Notes under the pieces: model-generated
What the model saw: only the letters and a program-made list of their open reading frames with translations
Told to the model about the DNA's origin: nothing
The model's database searches: none
Position numbers and translations under genes: made by a program
IMG/VR virus record: IMGVR_UViG_3300030390_001781
Span: 5,356 to 69,355 of that record
Source of the DNA: a virus
Direction: 5' to 3' (one strand)
DNA length: 64,000 nucleotides
Part shown: one piece after another, positions 51,206 to 59,489 of the stretch
How the letters are laid out: each line of letters starts with the position of its first letter
Numbering within the stretch: the stretch's first letter is position 1

Positions 51206-52203
51206 AAGTAATCTATTAATTTTTTAATGTATTGAACTGTTTTAAATTGTTTTGTAGTATTTACAATTCCATCTAAAGAGTACTCTTTTTTATAAATTAG
51301 TCTTTCAAATTCATAGTTATTCCAGTAGTCGTTTAAATGATGCTCATACTCTTTAAAAATCTCATCATCTTTAGGTAAAAGACACATATAATTTTGAAAA
51401 GGAATAATTTCTTCGTTTTCAATATCTTCTATTTTTGTAACTAAATCAGAGAATTTAAAATCATTACAACTATAACTGTTGTAATGATTAATCATTTTTA
51501 ACATGATTTTTGCTTGAGGACAATGATTAGGATTTTCCATTATGTAATCGTAATGCCAATCATTATTCCCTTTAACAAATTCATTTATACACTGCTGTAA
51601 TTTTTTATCATATTCTGCAATGTAATCAGATTCATTTATTTCTAAATCTAAATCTTCATTTTCATCACTAAGACAGTATTCTAAAGTCATACGAAAAGTA
51701 ACATTAGTATTAATAGTTGGATAGTCATACTTAATAACTAAACTTCCAATTACATACCTTATTATCTTTTTAAGATTTTCGTCTTCTACATTATCAATAC
51801 AATCAAAAGTAAAACAATTGCCAACCTCTGGTTCCTCATGATATAAAATAATTGATTTACCGTCAAAAGTTATATTGTCATAATTGAAATATTCTTTTTC
51901 TGATTTTAATAAATCATTTAAATTAGAGTTTAAAAAGTTGATTAACTGTTCTTGGTTAAAATTTGAAATACATTTTAAGTCTATATCAGTATATTTGTGT
52001 AACACACTTAATAAAGACAATAGAAGATTCTCAATTTTATCAATTCTAAATTTGTCTAATACAGAAATTACAGGGTAAAACGTGAGGTTCCTTTCGGAAC
52101 CTTTATACGTTTTTCTTCTTTTGACTCGTTTAGGATTCTTGAGCACATTTTTGTATGTAACGCATTGTCCAACATAACGCATCTTTTCTTTTCTTTTTTG
52201 CAT
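51193..52203 (-). CDS. PRTRC system protein F-like
   Basis: Between protein C and protein B; basic N-terminus and acidic helical body as in Bacteroidota PRTRC loci. Confidence 0.5.
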   Translation of the reverse strand: MQKRKEKMRYVGQCVTYKNVLKNPKRVKRRKTYKGSERNLTFYPVISVLDKFRIDKIENLLLSLLSVLHKYTDIDLKCISNFNQEQLINFLNSNLNDLLKSEKEYFNYDNITFDGKSIILYHEEPEVGNCFTFDCIDNVEDENLKKIIRYVIGSLVIKYDYPTINTNVTFRMTLEYCLSDENEDLDLEINESDYIAEYDKKLQQCINEFVKGNNDWHYDYIMENPNHCPQAKIMLKMINHYNSYSCNDFKFSDLVTKIEDIENEEIIPFQNYMCLLPKDDEIFKEYEHHLNDYWNNYEFERLIYKKEYSLDGIVNTTKQFKTVQYIKKLIDYLWQI

Positions 52204-52271
52204 ATCTCTAATACTTTTTCAACTACCCTTTTAGGTAATGATTCGTAAACCTTGTTAATTAAACTTTTCAT
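52068..52271 (-). CDS. small basic protein overlapping the protein F start
   Basis: ATGA overlap with protein C stop; 136-nt overlap with the next ORF. Confidence 0.4.
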   Translation of the reverse strand: MKSLINKVYESLPKRVVEKVLEICKKEKKRCVMLDNALHTKMCSRILNESKEEKRIKVPKGTSRFTL

Positions 52272-52474
52272 CCTTTTGTTCCTATTTTAGTTTCAAACGT
52301 ATATTCAATTTTGTTGTTCACTACGTTAGGTTCAGATAAATGAGAGTTTACTAACTCTGGATAAGAGTTTGCATAAAAATCCAAAACTTGTTTTAAAGTA
52401 AAGTTTTGATTAGGATCTGAAAGCATAAGTTCTTTGAACTTAAATACTCTTTCTAGTCTTTCTGTTTTAGCCAT
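52268..52474 (-). CDS. PRTRC system protein C (prokaryotic ubiquitin-like)
   Basis: LERVFKF...LSDP...VLDFYANSYPEL...YTFETKIGTKG. Confidence 0.92.
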   Translation of the reverse strand: MAKTERLERVFKFKELMLSDPNQNFTLKQVLDFYANSYPELVNSHLSEPNVVNNKIEYTFETKIGTKG

Positions 52475-53075
52475 TAAAATTAATTTTTTTGTATCTATCT
52501 TCCATCATTGATTCAATTTGCTCAGGAGTTAATTGTTTAGATTCAATAACTTTAGGCTCTGCTGGTGCTGTGTAAGCTTGTTCTTGAAATAAACCAACAC
52601 TTTTGTTGTTGTCATCAAGTTTTTGCTTACAAGACTTAGCTAAGGAGCTTTCTGAGTCAATCTTTAAAGCTTCATCAATTAACTTTTGTGCTTCTTTAAA
52701 AGATTTTTCTTCAATTAGTTTATCAATACCTTCTAATTTCTTTTTCACTTTTTCGTTAAGAGTTTTTTGTTTTTTCTTCTTCTCTTCTGCCATTTTTGAC
52801 TCTGCTTTCATCTTTTCTGCCGAATTGATAAAATCATTCATGTTGGTTGTTACTTGTGAAATTTTAGGTAATTGATTTTCTAAAGATTTACTTAACTCTT
52901 CTAATACACTTTGAACATCTGTACCTGTAACAATAAACGGTACAATTAACTTCGCACTTTCGTCTGAAGTTTTTGGCTTTGGCAATACTGAAACAGTAAA
53001 TTCATCGCCAATTTTCTTGAATGCTACAACAACATCAATGTTGTCTAGCTTTTCTAAAATTTGTGTAAATATCAT
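52467..53075 (-). CDS. PRTRC system protein E
   Basis: MIFTQI...TVSVLPK...DESAKLIVPFIVTG; TPR-like helices; SVGLF clamp-binding-like motif. Confidence 0.85.
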   Translation of the reverse strand: MIFTQILEKLDNIDVVVAFKKIGDEFTVSVLPKPKTSDESAKLIVPFIVTGTDVQSVLEELSKSLENQLPKISQVTTNMNDFINSAEKMKAESKMAEEKKKKQKTLNEKVKKKLEGIDKLIEEKSFKEAQKLIDEALKIDSESSLAKSCKQKLDDNNKSVGLFQEQAYTAPAEPKVIESKQLTPEQIESMMEDRYKKINFNG

Positions 53076-53090
53076 AGTTTTAAATTTTAA

Positions 53091-53133
53091 TTATCAAGCC
53101 ACAATGGGATATACCCACTGTAGCTTTTGATAA
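53091..53133 (-). promoter_or_regulatory. motif stem-loop upstream of the PRTRC operon
   Basis: + ttatcaagccacaatggg-atata-cccactgtagcttttgataa. Confidence 0.75.
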
Positions 53134-54030
53134 TTAAGCGTAAACTAATTTAGAAATTTCACTAAATGCTTTGTTGTCTAATTTTTGACCTGAACCAATC
53201 ATTTTACTTTCCATTAAATCTTTATTTCCAGGTAAATCTCTATTAGTATAAGAGGTTACTCCTGAAAATAATCCCCATAAAGTTTGACCTTTTTGAGAAG
53301 ATTCTTCAGCAATACGAAGAGTTAAATTCTTTGCTTTGTTTATAGAATTTGTAGAATACTTTTCTCTCGCTTCTTCGCTAGTCATTTCTACATCAACACC
53401 TACTAAGCTTTTGATTAAGCGCTTAATATCGTTAGGTTTAGATTCTATATCATTCATTCTTGTAAAGGTTTCGTAAAGGCTTAATTCTGACTCTTTAAAG
53501 TCATCAATACCAAACATAATAGTGTCTATTTTTTCACGCATAGTTTTAGTATGTCTTACTTTATGAGCTAAATCTCTATAAGCTTTATGAAAAATATTAC
53601 TACAGCTAATAGTTTTGTTAGTCATTCCTAATCCTACTCCTGAACTACCATCATGACTATTTGTTATAGTTATGTATTTATCAATTTGATCGTTGTTAAG
53701 ACCAATATTCTTGATAGAGCCGCTATCAATTTGCATAAATACTTTACGACCATCTTGTAAAGCACCTCCTTTTACAATATCTCCACCTAATTTTGTGGCA
53801 ATTTCGTGAGTTAATTCTGCTAAATCCCAATTCTGAAATATTTCATAACTGTCTTTACAAGTCATAAACTCTTTGTCAATATCTGACCTACGAATAGATA
53901 AATAATTTGATTCAATCCCTTCTCTAGTGAAAAGATTTTCTTTTTTGACTTCCCAAAAAAGATTGTGTTGTTCTAACAAGTCCATTACCATTTGTCCTTT
54001 GTTTTCAACTTCGTTAATTTGATTTTCCAT
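53134..54030 (-). CDS. DUF932 family protein (phage/plasmid-like, TIGR03299)
   Basis: YEIFQN, GALQDGRKVF, TNSHDGS, CSN, RHT, TLWGLFSGVTSY. Confidence 0.88.
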   Translation of the reverse strand: MENQINEVENKGQMVMDLLEQHNLFWEVKKENLFTREGIESNYLSIRRSDIDKEFMTCKDSYEIFQNWDLAELTHEIATKLGGDIVKGGALQDGRKVFMQIDSGSIKNIGLNNDQIDKYITITNSHDGSSGVGLGMTNKTISCSNIFHKAYRDLAHKVRHTKTMREKIDTIMFGIDDFKESELSLYETFTRMNDIESKPNDIKRLIKSLVGVDVEMTSEEAREKYSTNSINKAKNLTLRIAEESSQKGQTLWGLFSGVTSYTNRDLPGNKDLMESKMIGSGQKLDNKAFSEISKLVYA

Positions 54031-54050
54031 AATAAATTAAATTTTAAATA

Positions 54051-54082
54051 ACCAAAACACAAGGGGAAACAAGTGTTTTGGT
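54051..54082 (-). promoter_or_regulatory. motif stem-loop upstream of DUF932
   Basis: + ACCAAAACACaaggggaaacaaGTGTTTTGGT. Confidence 0.7.
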
Positions 54083-54090
54083 AAAAAAAA

Positions 54091-54270
54091 CTAAATGATT
54101 TTTAAAATTAAATCCCTAATTAAAGATGAAACATGAATATTATTATCATTACAATAATCTTTAAGTTTTTTTGATTCAGACTTAGTTAAATAAGTAAGTG
54201 TTCTTTTACTTTTTTGTTCTTCTTCATCTATTTTTTGAAAACCTTTTAAACCTTTTTTAGTAAATCCCAT
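54091..54270 (-). CDS. ribbon-helix-helix-like DNA-binding protein (59 aa; not in ORF track)
   Basis: ...KRTLTYLTKSESKKLKDYCNDNNIHVSSLIRDLILKII* fits strand-helix-helix RHH pattern. Confidence 0.6.
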   Translation of the reverse strand: MGFTKKGLKGFQKIDEEEQKSKRTLTYLTKSESKKLKDYCNDNNIHVSSLIRDLILKII

Positions 54271-54271
54271 T

Positions 54272-54523
54272 TTAAATTATTTTTTTAGTTTTTTTATCAA
54301 ATCTAATTTCTTTTAGTATTTCATTATCAACACTAAATTTAAAAATGATTTCGTTATCAACTTCTCTTCTAGTTGTACATATTTGTGCAATTTCATGAGA
54401 GTTTTTTGCACTTGTACCTACCATAATAGTTTGTGTACTCGTGTCTTTTGCTCCAAAAGATTTATCTGACTTGTAAATACAAGCTTCTACTTTTGTCCAT
54501 ATTGGGTAACTTCTACTTGCCAT
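54272..54523 (-). CDS. hypothetical phage protein
   Basis: 83 aa, SRSYPIW..VEACIYKS. Confidence 0.55.
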   Translation of the reverse strand: MASRSYPIWTKVEACIYKSDKSFGAKDTSTQTIMVGTSAKNSHEIAQICTTRREVDNEIIFKFSVDNEILKEIRFDKKTKKII

Positions 54524-54525
54524 AA

Positions 54526-55386
54526 TTAAAATATATATCTGATTTTATTCCATTTAATAATGCTATCATGAAGTTTTATAAACGATTGAATATAATCACG
54601 TTTTAAATTGTGTTCATATCTAATGTTTGTACCTCCATAGCTAGAAACTTTGCTTTCTTGGTTTTCTGGTGTCCATAACAAACTTTCTCCTTTTTTGTCG
54701 TTTGTAACATTTTTATAATGTTTTTTTTCGTTGTGAGTTAAAAAGATTACTTCGCATTTTACTTGGTCTTTGTAATCAATATAATCATTACAAAGTTGAA
54801 ATAAATACTTATAGTCTTTTAACCAATCAGGATAAACAACAACAGGACTAAAGTTTAAATGAACATCATATCCTGCATCAATAAAAGCGTTTACAGCTTT
54901 TATTCTATCAATAATTTTAGGTGTGCCTGGCTCAAGATAATCTGAAATCTTTTGAGGCATTAAGCTAAATCTAATTCTTACTTTACCATTTGGGTTATAA
55001 TTAATAAACTCAATAGGTATAATTTTAGTGGCTAGAGTAGCCATAGCTATAGGATGATTTTTAAAGAAATCAAAAATCTTTTCCCAATCGTGATACTTTC
55101 TATGCAAAGCAAAATCTTCATTACAAGCTATATCGTATGTCATATAGCTTTCATGAGTTTGATTAGGTTTGCTAGCATTAGCTACAAAGTAAGAATGATT
55201 GTTAATTTCACTTAAAATCTGATTAACGTTTTTAGAAACAGTTAAACCTTTTTCTAAATGTCGTTTCATATAACAATAAGTACAGTCTAATAAACAACCA
55301 TAACCAAAAGAAGGAGTAATATAATCACTACTCCTTCCTGATTCTCTTATTGTCATAGTCTTTCGGTCTACATATCCAACTATCAT
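54526..55386 (-). CDS. spore photoproduct lyase-like radical SAM protein
   Basis: YGCLLDCTYCYM (CxxxCxxC), ATK, RIRFSLMP, RIKAVN..IDAGYDVHLNFSPV. Confidence 0.82.
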   Translation of the reverse strand: MIVGYVDRKTMTIRESGRSSDYITPSFGYGCLLDCTYCYMKRHLEKGLTVSKNVNQILSEINNHSYFVANASKPNQTHESYMTYDIACNEDFALHRKYHDWEKIFDFFKNHPIAMATLATKIIPIEFINYNPNGKVRIRFSLMPQKISDYLEPGTPKIIDRIKAVNAFIDAGYDVHLNFSPVVVYPDWLKDYKYLFQLCNDYIDYKDQVKCEVIFLTHNEKKHYKNVTNDKKGESLLWTPENQESKVSSYGGTNIRYEHNLKRDYIQSFIKLHDSIIKWNKIRYIF

Positions 55387-55580
55387 TTTTTAGATAAAAC
55401 ATATTCATTATAACCTACTTGAAAAAATATTTTATCATATTTCCTAATAGCTGTTCCATATTGATTACGGTATTTATAATAAAACCTTGGAACACCACCA
55501 ATTATCCATTCTTCACTATCTTGTGACGGAGAAATAGAATTTAAATATTCTTCGTATTCTTTTTTTGTTGTCTTTTTCAT
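55383..55580 (-). CDS. hypothetical protein
   Basis: 65 aa coupled ORF; YGTAIRKYDKIFFQVGYNEY. Confidence 0.55.
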   Translation of the reverse strand: MKKTTKKEYEEYLNSISPSQDSEEWIIGGVPRFYYKYRNQYGTAIRKYDKIFFQVGYNEYVLSKK

Positions 55581-55981
55581 ATCCCTTCCATTAATAAATG
55601 TTTTTTGTAATCTCTGTGTTCTTGTTCTTCGATTAAATTATTAATTGCATCACGACAAATATGAATACCTTTATTTTGAAAGTATTCAAGATATTTCAGT
55701 ACTCTATCTTCAAGTACCTCTATAGCTTGCTCATATCTTTTCTGAGAGCGTCTTTTACAAGGCAATAAAGTATCTCCAAAGCCTGTAAATGCAGTAAATG
55801 ATTCTATTTTAAAATCACCTTTGTCTTCAATTTCAACAGGAACTACGTTAACTCTATAACCTGTTTCTCTACGTTCATTTGTAGCCCAATTAATACTTTC
55901 GCTAGGTTTTAAGTAACTAATACTAAATTTAATTTTTACAGACGGCTTGTCTGTATCAACATACATTTTGTAATTTTCCAT
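55577..55981 (-). CDS. hypothetical protein
   Basis: 134 aa; preceded by a motif copy. Confidence 0.6.
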   Translation of the reverse strand: MENYKMYVDTDKPSVKIKFSISYLKPSESINWATNERRETGYRVNVVPVEIEDKGDFKIESFTAFTGFGDTLLPCKRRSQKRYEQAIEVLEDRVLKYLEYFQNKGIHICRDAINNLIEEQEHRDYKKHLLMEGI

Positions 55982-56004
55982 AATTTATTTTTTAAAGTTA
56001 AACA

Positions 56005-56036
56005 TCAAGGCACAACGGGTAATCCCATTGTGCCTT
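56005..56036 (-). promoter_or_regulatory. motif stem-loop
   Basis: + tcaaggcacaacggg-taat-cccattgtgcctt. Confidence 0.75.
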
Positions 56037-56110
56037 AACTGAACTTTAAAAAACTACTAATGCTTAACTAGTAATGCCTTAAATTCTCCATTAGCTTGGA
56101 GAGTTTTATT

Positions 56111-56278
56111 TTAATCTTTTAAAACTTTAAATTCTGTAGATATGTGATCTGAAGAATCTAAAATAATATCTTCATCATGATATCTTTGACTTAAGATAAC
56201 ATTAGCTTCGGCTTCACTATTAGCTTCTACTTCAATAACTTTAGATAAAGTTTCAATTATTTCTACACTAAATTTCAT
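56111..56278 (-). CDS. DpnD/PcfM-like small protein (55 aa; not in ORF track)
   Basis: MKFSVEIIETLSKVIEVEANSEAEANVILSQRYHDEDIILDSSDHISTEFKVLKD*. Confidence 0.65.
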   Translation of the reverse strand: MKFSVEIIETLSKVIEVEANSEAEANVILSQRYHDEDIILDSSDHISTEFKVLKD

Positions 56279-56609
56279 CTAACAAATTTGTTTGATAAAA
56301 TTTATTAACTAACGCTTTTACTTTTTGAGATTGCATCTTTTTAAGATAAGCACCTCTAAGTATAGTTACAAGTAATTTTTCAAGATTTTGTTTTCTGTCA
56401 TCACCTGTATGAAAAGATATCCATTTGTTTCCAGTATCAAATTCTTCATAGTTACTAATACATTCTTGAATAATTATATGTTCTTGAACTTCATAAGTAT
56501 TTATACCAAGAGCCATATCTAATTCACGAATAAATTCATCTACAATATCATCGATTTGCTTTTTACATCGATCTAAAATTGCTTTTTCTAAATCTTTTAC
56601 GTTATTCAT
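56268..56609 (-). CDS. hypothetical protein
   Basis: 113 aa ORF. Confidence 0.55.
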   Translation of the reverse strand: MNNVKDLEKAILDRCKKQIDDIVDEFIRELDMALGINTYEVQEHIIIQECISNYEEFDTGNKWISFHTGDDRKQNLEKLLVTILRGAYLKKMQSQKVKALVNKFYQTNLLDEI

Positions 56610-56614
56610 AATTA

Positions 56615-56821
56615 TTAATTTATACAGATTTCATCAGCTTCATCTAAATCATAAGCTGAACTTCTTGAATCACCAATCTTAGTTATCATAGTTGGACTAC
56701 TAATAGTGTAATGCCAATTATTACCTTCAGGATCGCTAGCGTAGACTACAGGTAGTTCTTTAGCTTCTGGATTAGCTTTTAAAAAGTCATTTAAGCCTTC
56801 TACGTATTCTTCTAAATTCAT
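56615..56821 (-). CDS. hypothetical protein
   Basis: 68 aa; LPVVYASDPEGN motif. Confidence 0.6.
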   Translation of the reverse strand: MNLEEYVEGLNDFLKANPEAKELPVVYASDPEGNNWHYTISSPTMITKIGDSRSSAYDLDEADEICIN

Positions 56822-57081
56822 AGCTTACCATTTTTAAGTTCTACAGAATCACATTCCTTATCAGCAAATTTCTTTAGTTTCCATAATAATCCATGATTAA
56901 TTATACTTTCAAAATAATTTGCTCCCATAAAAGGTGTTTTTCCTTTAGCTTCTAAAGCTTTAACATCTTCCTTGTGTTTTTCATTAGCAATTTTTAATCC
57001 TTCTATAAGAATAAAAACTTCTAATCCATTAAGTAAGTCATTTTGTTCTAAAACAACTTCTTCATTTTTTTCTTTTACCAT
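56818..57081 (-). CDS. hypothetical protein
   Basis: Start reassigned to MVKEK, 17 nt below a motif copy. Confidence 0.55.
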   Translation of the reverse strand: MVKEKNEEVVLEQNDLLNGLEVFILIEGLKIANEKHKEDVKALEAKGKTPFMGANYFESIINHGLLWKLKKFADKECDSVELKNGKL

Positions 57082-57148
57082 AATAAATAGTTTTAAATTC
57101 AAAACACAAAGGGAAAAAGGCAGTCTTTAGCATAAGAGGTGATAAAAT

Positions 57149-57182
57149 GTAGGGCAATAGACATATCTGCCTATCACCCTAC
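57149..57182 (-). terminator. RNA hairpin / intrinsic terminator
   Basis: Minus strand GTAGGGTGATAGGCA-GATA-TGTCTATTGCCCTAC: 15-bp stem fully paired only with G.U on this strand, followed by ATTTTAT. Confidence 0.65.
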
Positions 57183-57203
57183 TACTATTTACTATGGTTA
57201 AAA

Positions 57204-57491
57204 TTATTTATACTTTTCTAAATAAAAATTATATGACTTATCTCCATAAATCATATAATAATATTCATAATTGTAATGTTTCTTGAATTGACTGTGAGTT
57301 AGTTTTCCAGAAAAATATTTATATTCATTCACAAAAAACATAGAGAAAAACATACATAAAGTTGATACAATAAAAAATATAAAACTTATTGTATATTCTT
57401 CTATTAATAATGCTTTCCAACTACTTATGTGCAAAACAATAAATAATATAAATGCTGATATTGCTGTATATATTGAAAATTGCTTTTTCAT
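57204..57491 (-). CDS. small 2-TM membrane protein
   Basis: Two hydrophobic segments, Tyr-rich tail. Confidence 0.55.
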   Translation of the reverse strand: MKKQFSIYTAISAFILFIVLHISSWKALLIEEYTISFIFFIVSTLCMFFSMFFVNEYKYFSGKLTHSQFKKHYNYEYYYMIYGDKSYNFYLEKYK

Positions 57492-57808
57492 AATCTGTTT
57501 ATTGAAGGAATGTAAATATCCATGTTAACTACTTGTTTGCCGAATTTACTACAAGTACACATTAATTTATCTCCTTTGATAAATATTTTGTGTTTTAAAG
57601 GTATTCCTGTTGCTTTATGTGTCAAAGGCTTTCCTGTCTTTGAACTTATCATATAGAAACCGTTTACCTTTCCCTTGTCGTTAAATATCAAAGATAGGTT
57701 GTGTTTAAAGTACTCCGTTAGAAGTCTATTGAATAGAACACCTGCTCTTTTTCTATCAAAAGATACCTTAATATCTTTTAGTTCTCTTAAATCTTTTAAT
57801 GTTTCCAT
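57488..57808 (-). CDS. hypothetical basic protein
   Basis: Start taken at METLK (TTTACTATG leader). Confidence 0.55.
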   Translation of the reverse strand: METLKDLRELKDIKVSFDRKRAGVLFNRLLTEYFKHNLSLIFNDKGKVNGFYMISSKTGKPLTHKATGIPLKHKIFIKGDKLMCTCSKFGKQVVNMDIYIPSINRL

Positions 57809-57857
57809 AGTAAATAGAATTAAATGTTTAAATAAAGAATTAACCAAAATTTTGTAA

Positions 57858-58139
57858 TCAAGAGATATTATCATCGTGTTTTTCTTTTACAATTCTAATA
57901 AACTCTTTCATTTCATCAGTATCGTCAATGTTTTCAGCATGTTTGAAAATAAGATTCAACAAATCTCTTCTAAAATTGTGTACACCTATTTGTTTAGTGT
58001 AAAAATCTCTTAAAAATTCTGCATTGACTATACTATCAGCCCTAAGATTATTAATCTCTGAGTTGATTTCTTCATCTTGAGTTTCTAACCTTGTTAGAAG
58101 GTCTTTAAGCTCAAAATAATGCTTTATAAATAACTTCAT
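57858..58139 (-). CDS. hypothetical coiled-coil protein
   Basis: Start taken at MKLFIK, 16 nt below a motif copy. Confidence 0.55.
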   Translation of the reverse strand: MKLFIKHYFELKDLLTRLETQDEEINSEINNLRADSIVNAEFLRDFYTKQIGVHNFRRDLLNLIFKHAENIDDTDEMKEFIRIVKEKHDDNIS

Positions 58140-58154
58140 AGTAAATAGTTTAAA

Positions 58155-58192
58155 ATCAAAGCACAAAGGGTAATAATCCTTTGCACTTTGAT
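58155..58192 (-). promoter_or_regulatory. motif stem-loop
   Basis: + atcaaagcacaaagggtaataatcctttgcactttgat. Confidence 0.75.
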
Positions 58193-58211
58193 ACAATCCA
58201 CAATTAAACAA

Positions 58212-59489
58212 TTAAATGTTGTAGCTATTTACCTTCTTTGCGTAATTAATAAGCAAGTTTATTGCCTCTAATTGAAATTCAGGTGTACAATCTCTGACAT
58301 CATATTCTAAATGAATATATTCTTCAATGATTGTATTTACTACATCATGTAAACCTCTTTCAAGTCCTTTTTCTGACAATACTATTTGATTATCCTTGTG
58401 ATTAGCATAACCTAATATTCTTGAATTAGAAAAATTACCTACAGCAATATCAAATTTGTTAGGCAATTTACATTCAGCTAAGAAATTTTCAGCCTCATGT
58501 ATAGTATTCATTTGAAGTTGACTAGGTTTAGATACAACTCTGTACTGAATACCTCTATCTTTATCAAATCTTAAATCTGCTAACTTTTCATTACTAGTTA
58601 ACTTAGAACTAAGAAAAGAATAAAGACTTTCTGGAAGAAAAGTATATCCTGTTACTTCGTTTACACTTAACAAAGATATTAAACCTGTTGGTTGTACATT
58701 AATCTCGTTACAAACTTCTATAAACTCTTTTGAAGGGTTAACTCCATAAGGTCTTTCAAATTCGTACTCTAAACTGCTAGAGATAAGATTAGTAAGAATA
58801 TTTTTAATAATATTTTTGTCTTTACACGTTAATATTATTTTCCATATTTCTCTAGTTACTTCCCAATTATAAACACAAACTCTTGACTCGTTTATACTAA
58901 CCTTTGGTATGTCATAGTTATATACAGATTCTTTGTTGGTTTCGTAACATTTGATTCCTTTTCTGTAAATAACAGTACTACCTTGTTTTTCATAAATCTT
59001 ACCATGTTCGTTTTCATAAATAACATGGTCTTCATCAGCAAAATACAAACTAAAGTCTTTAGTAACCATGTCTATAAGTTCATCAGTCAAACTAATATAA
59101 ATATGAGTTTTACCTTTAACTCCTTTGATTTTAGTAGTGCAATTTAACTCTGCATTACCTTCGTCTAAAGCATTAGAATAAAACTCTCTAATAGCTTGCC
59201 ATAGCTTCCATTCTTTACCCATTTTAGTAGTTATAGAAGTAGCTTCATTGTTAATGTGAATTACATTAAAGACTTGATCACTAAATGTTTCTTCTTTAGT
59301 CGATACAGATATTTCTTTCTCGCCTGAAAAAATTCTTACTGTGTGATTGTTTCTTAATAAATACGCTAAAGCATACTTATTGCCCGTTCCGAACTGTCCG
59401 ATAGTTTCATCGCCAGTCTTAGTAGATGCACCTACAAGAGTAAAAGCCTTGTAGTTAATCTCGTTGTCATTAGAAATTCTTAAATACAT
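58212..59489 (-). CDS. GHKL (HSP90/MORC-like) ATPase domain protein
   Basis: GASTK...IGQFGTGNKYA (G2 box) and AIREFYSNALDE (N box); C-terminal TIIEEYIH. Confidence 0.7.
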   Translation of the reverse strand: MYLRISNDNEINYKAFTLVGASTKTGDETIGQFGTGNKYALAYLLRNNHTVRIFSGEKEISVSTKEETFSDQVFNVIHINNEATSITTKMGKEWKLWQAIREFYSNALDEGNAELNCTTKIKGVKGKTHIYISLTDELIDMVTKDFSLYFADEDHVIYENEHGKIYEKQGSTVIYRKGIKCYETNKESVYNYDIPKVSINESRVCVYNWEVTREIWKIILTCKDKNIIKNILTNLISSSLEYEFERPYGVNPSKEFIEVCNEINVQPTGLISLLSVNEVTGYTFLPESLYSFLSSKLTSNEKLADLRFDKDRGIQYRVVSKPSQLQMNTIHEAENFLAECKLPNKFDIAVGNFSNSRILGYANHKDNQIVLSEKGLERGLHDVVNTIIEEYIHLEYDVRDCTPEFQLEAINLLINYAKKVNSYNI

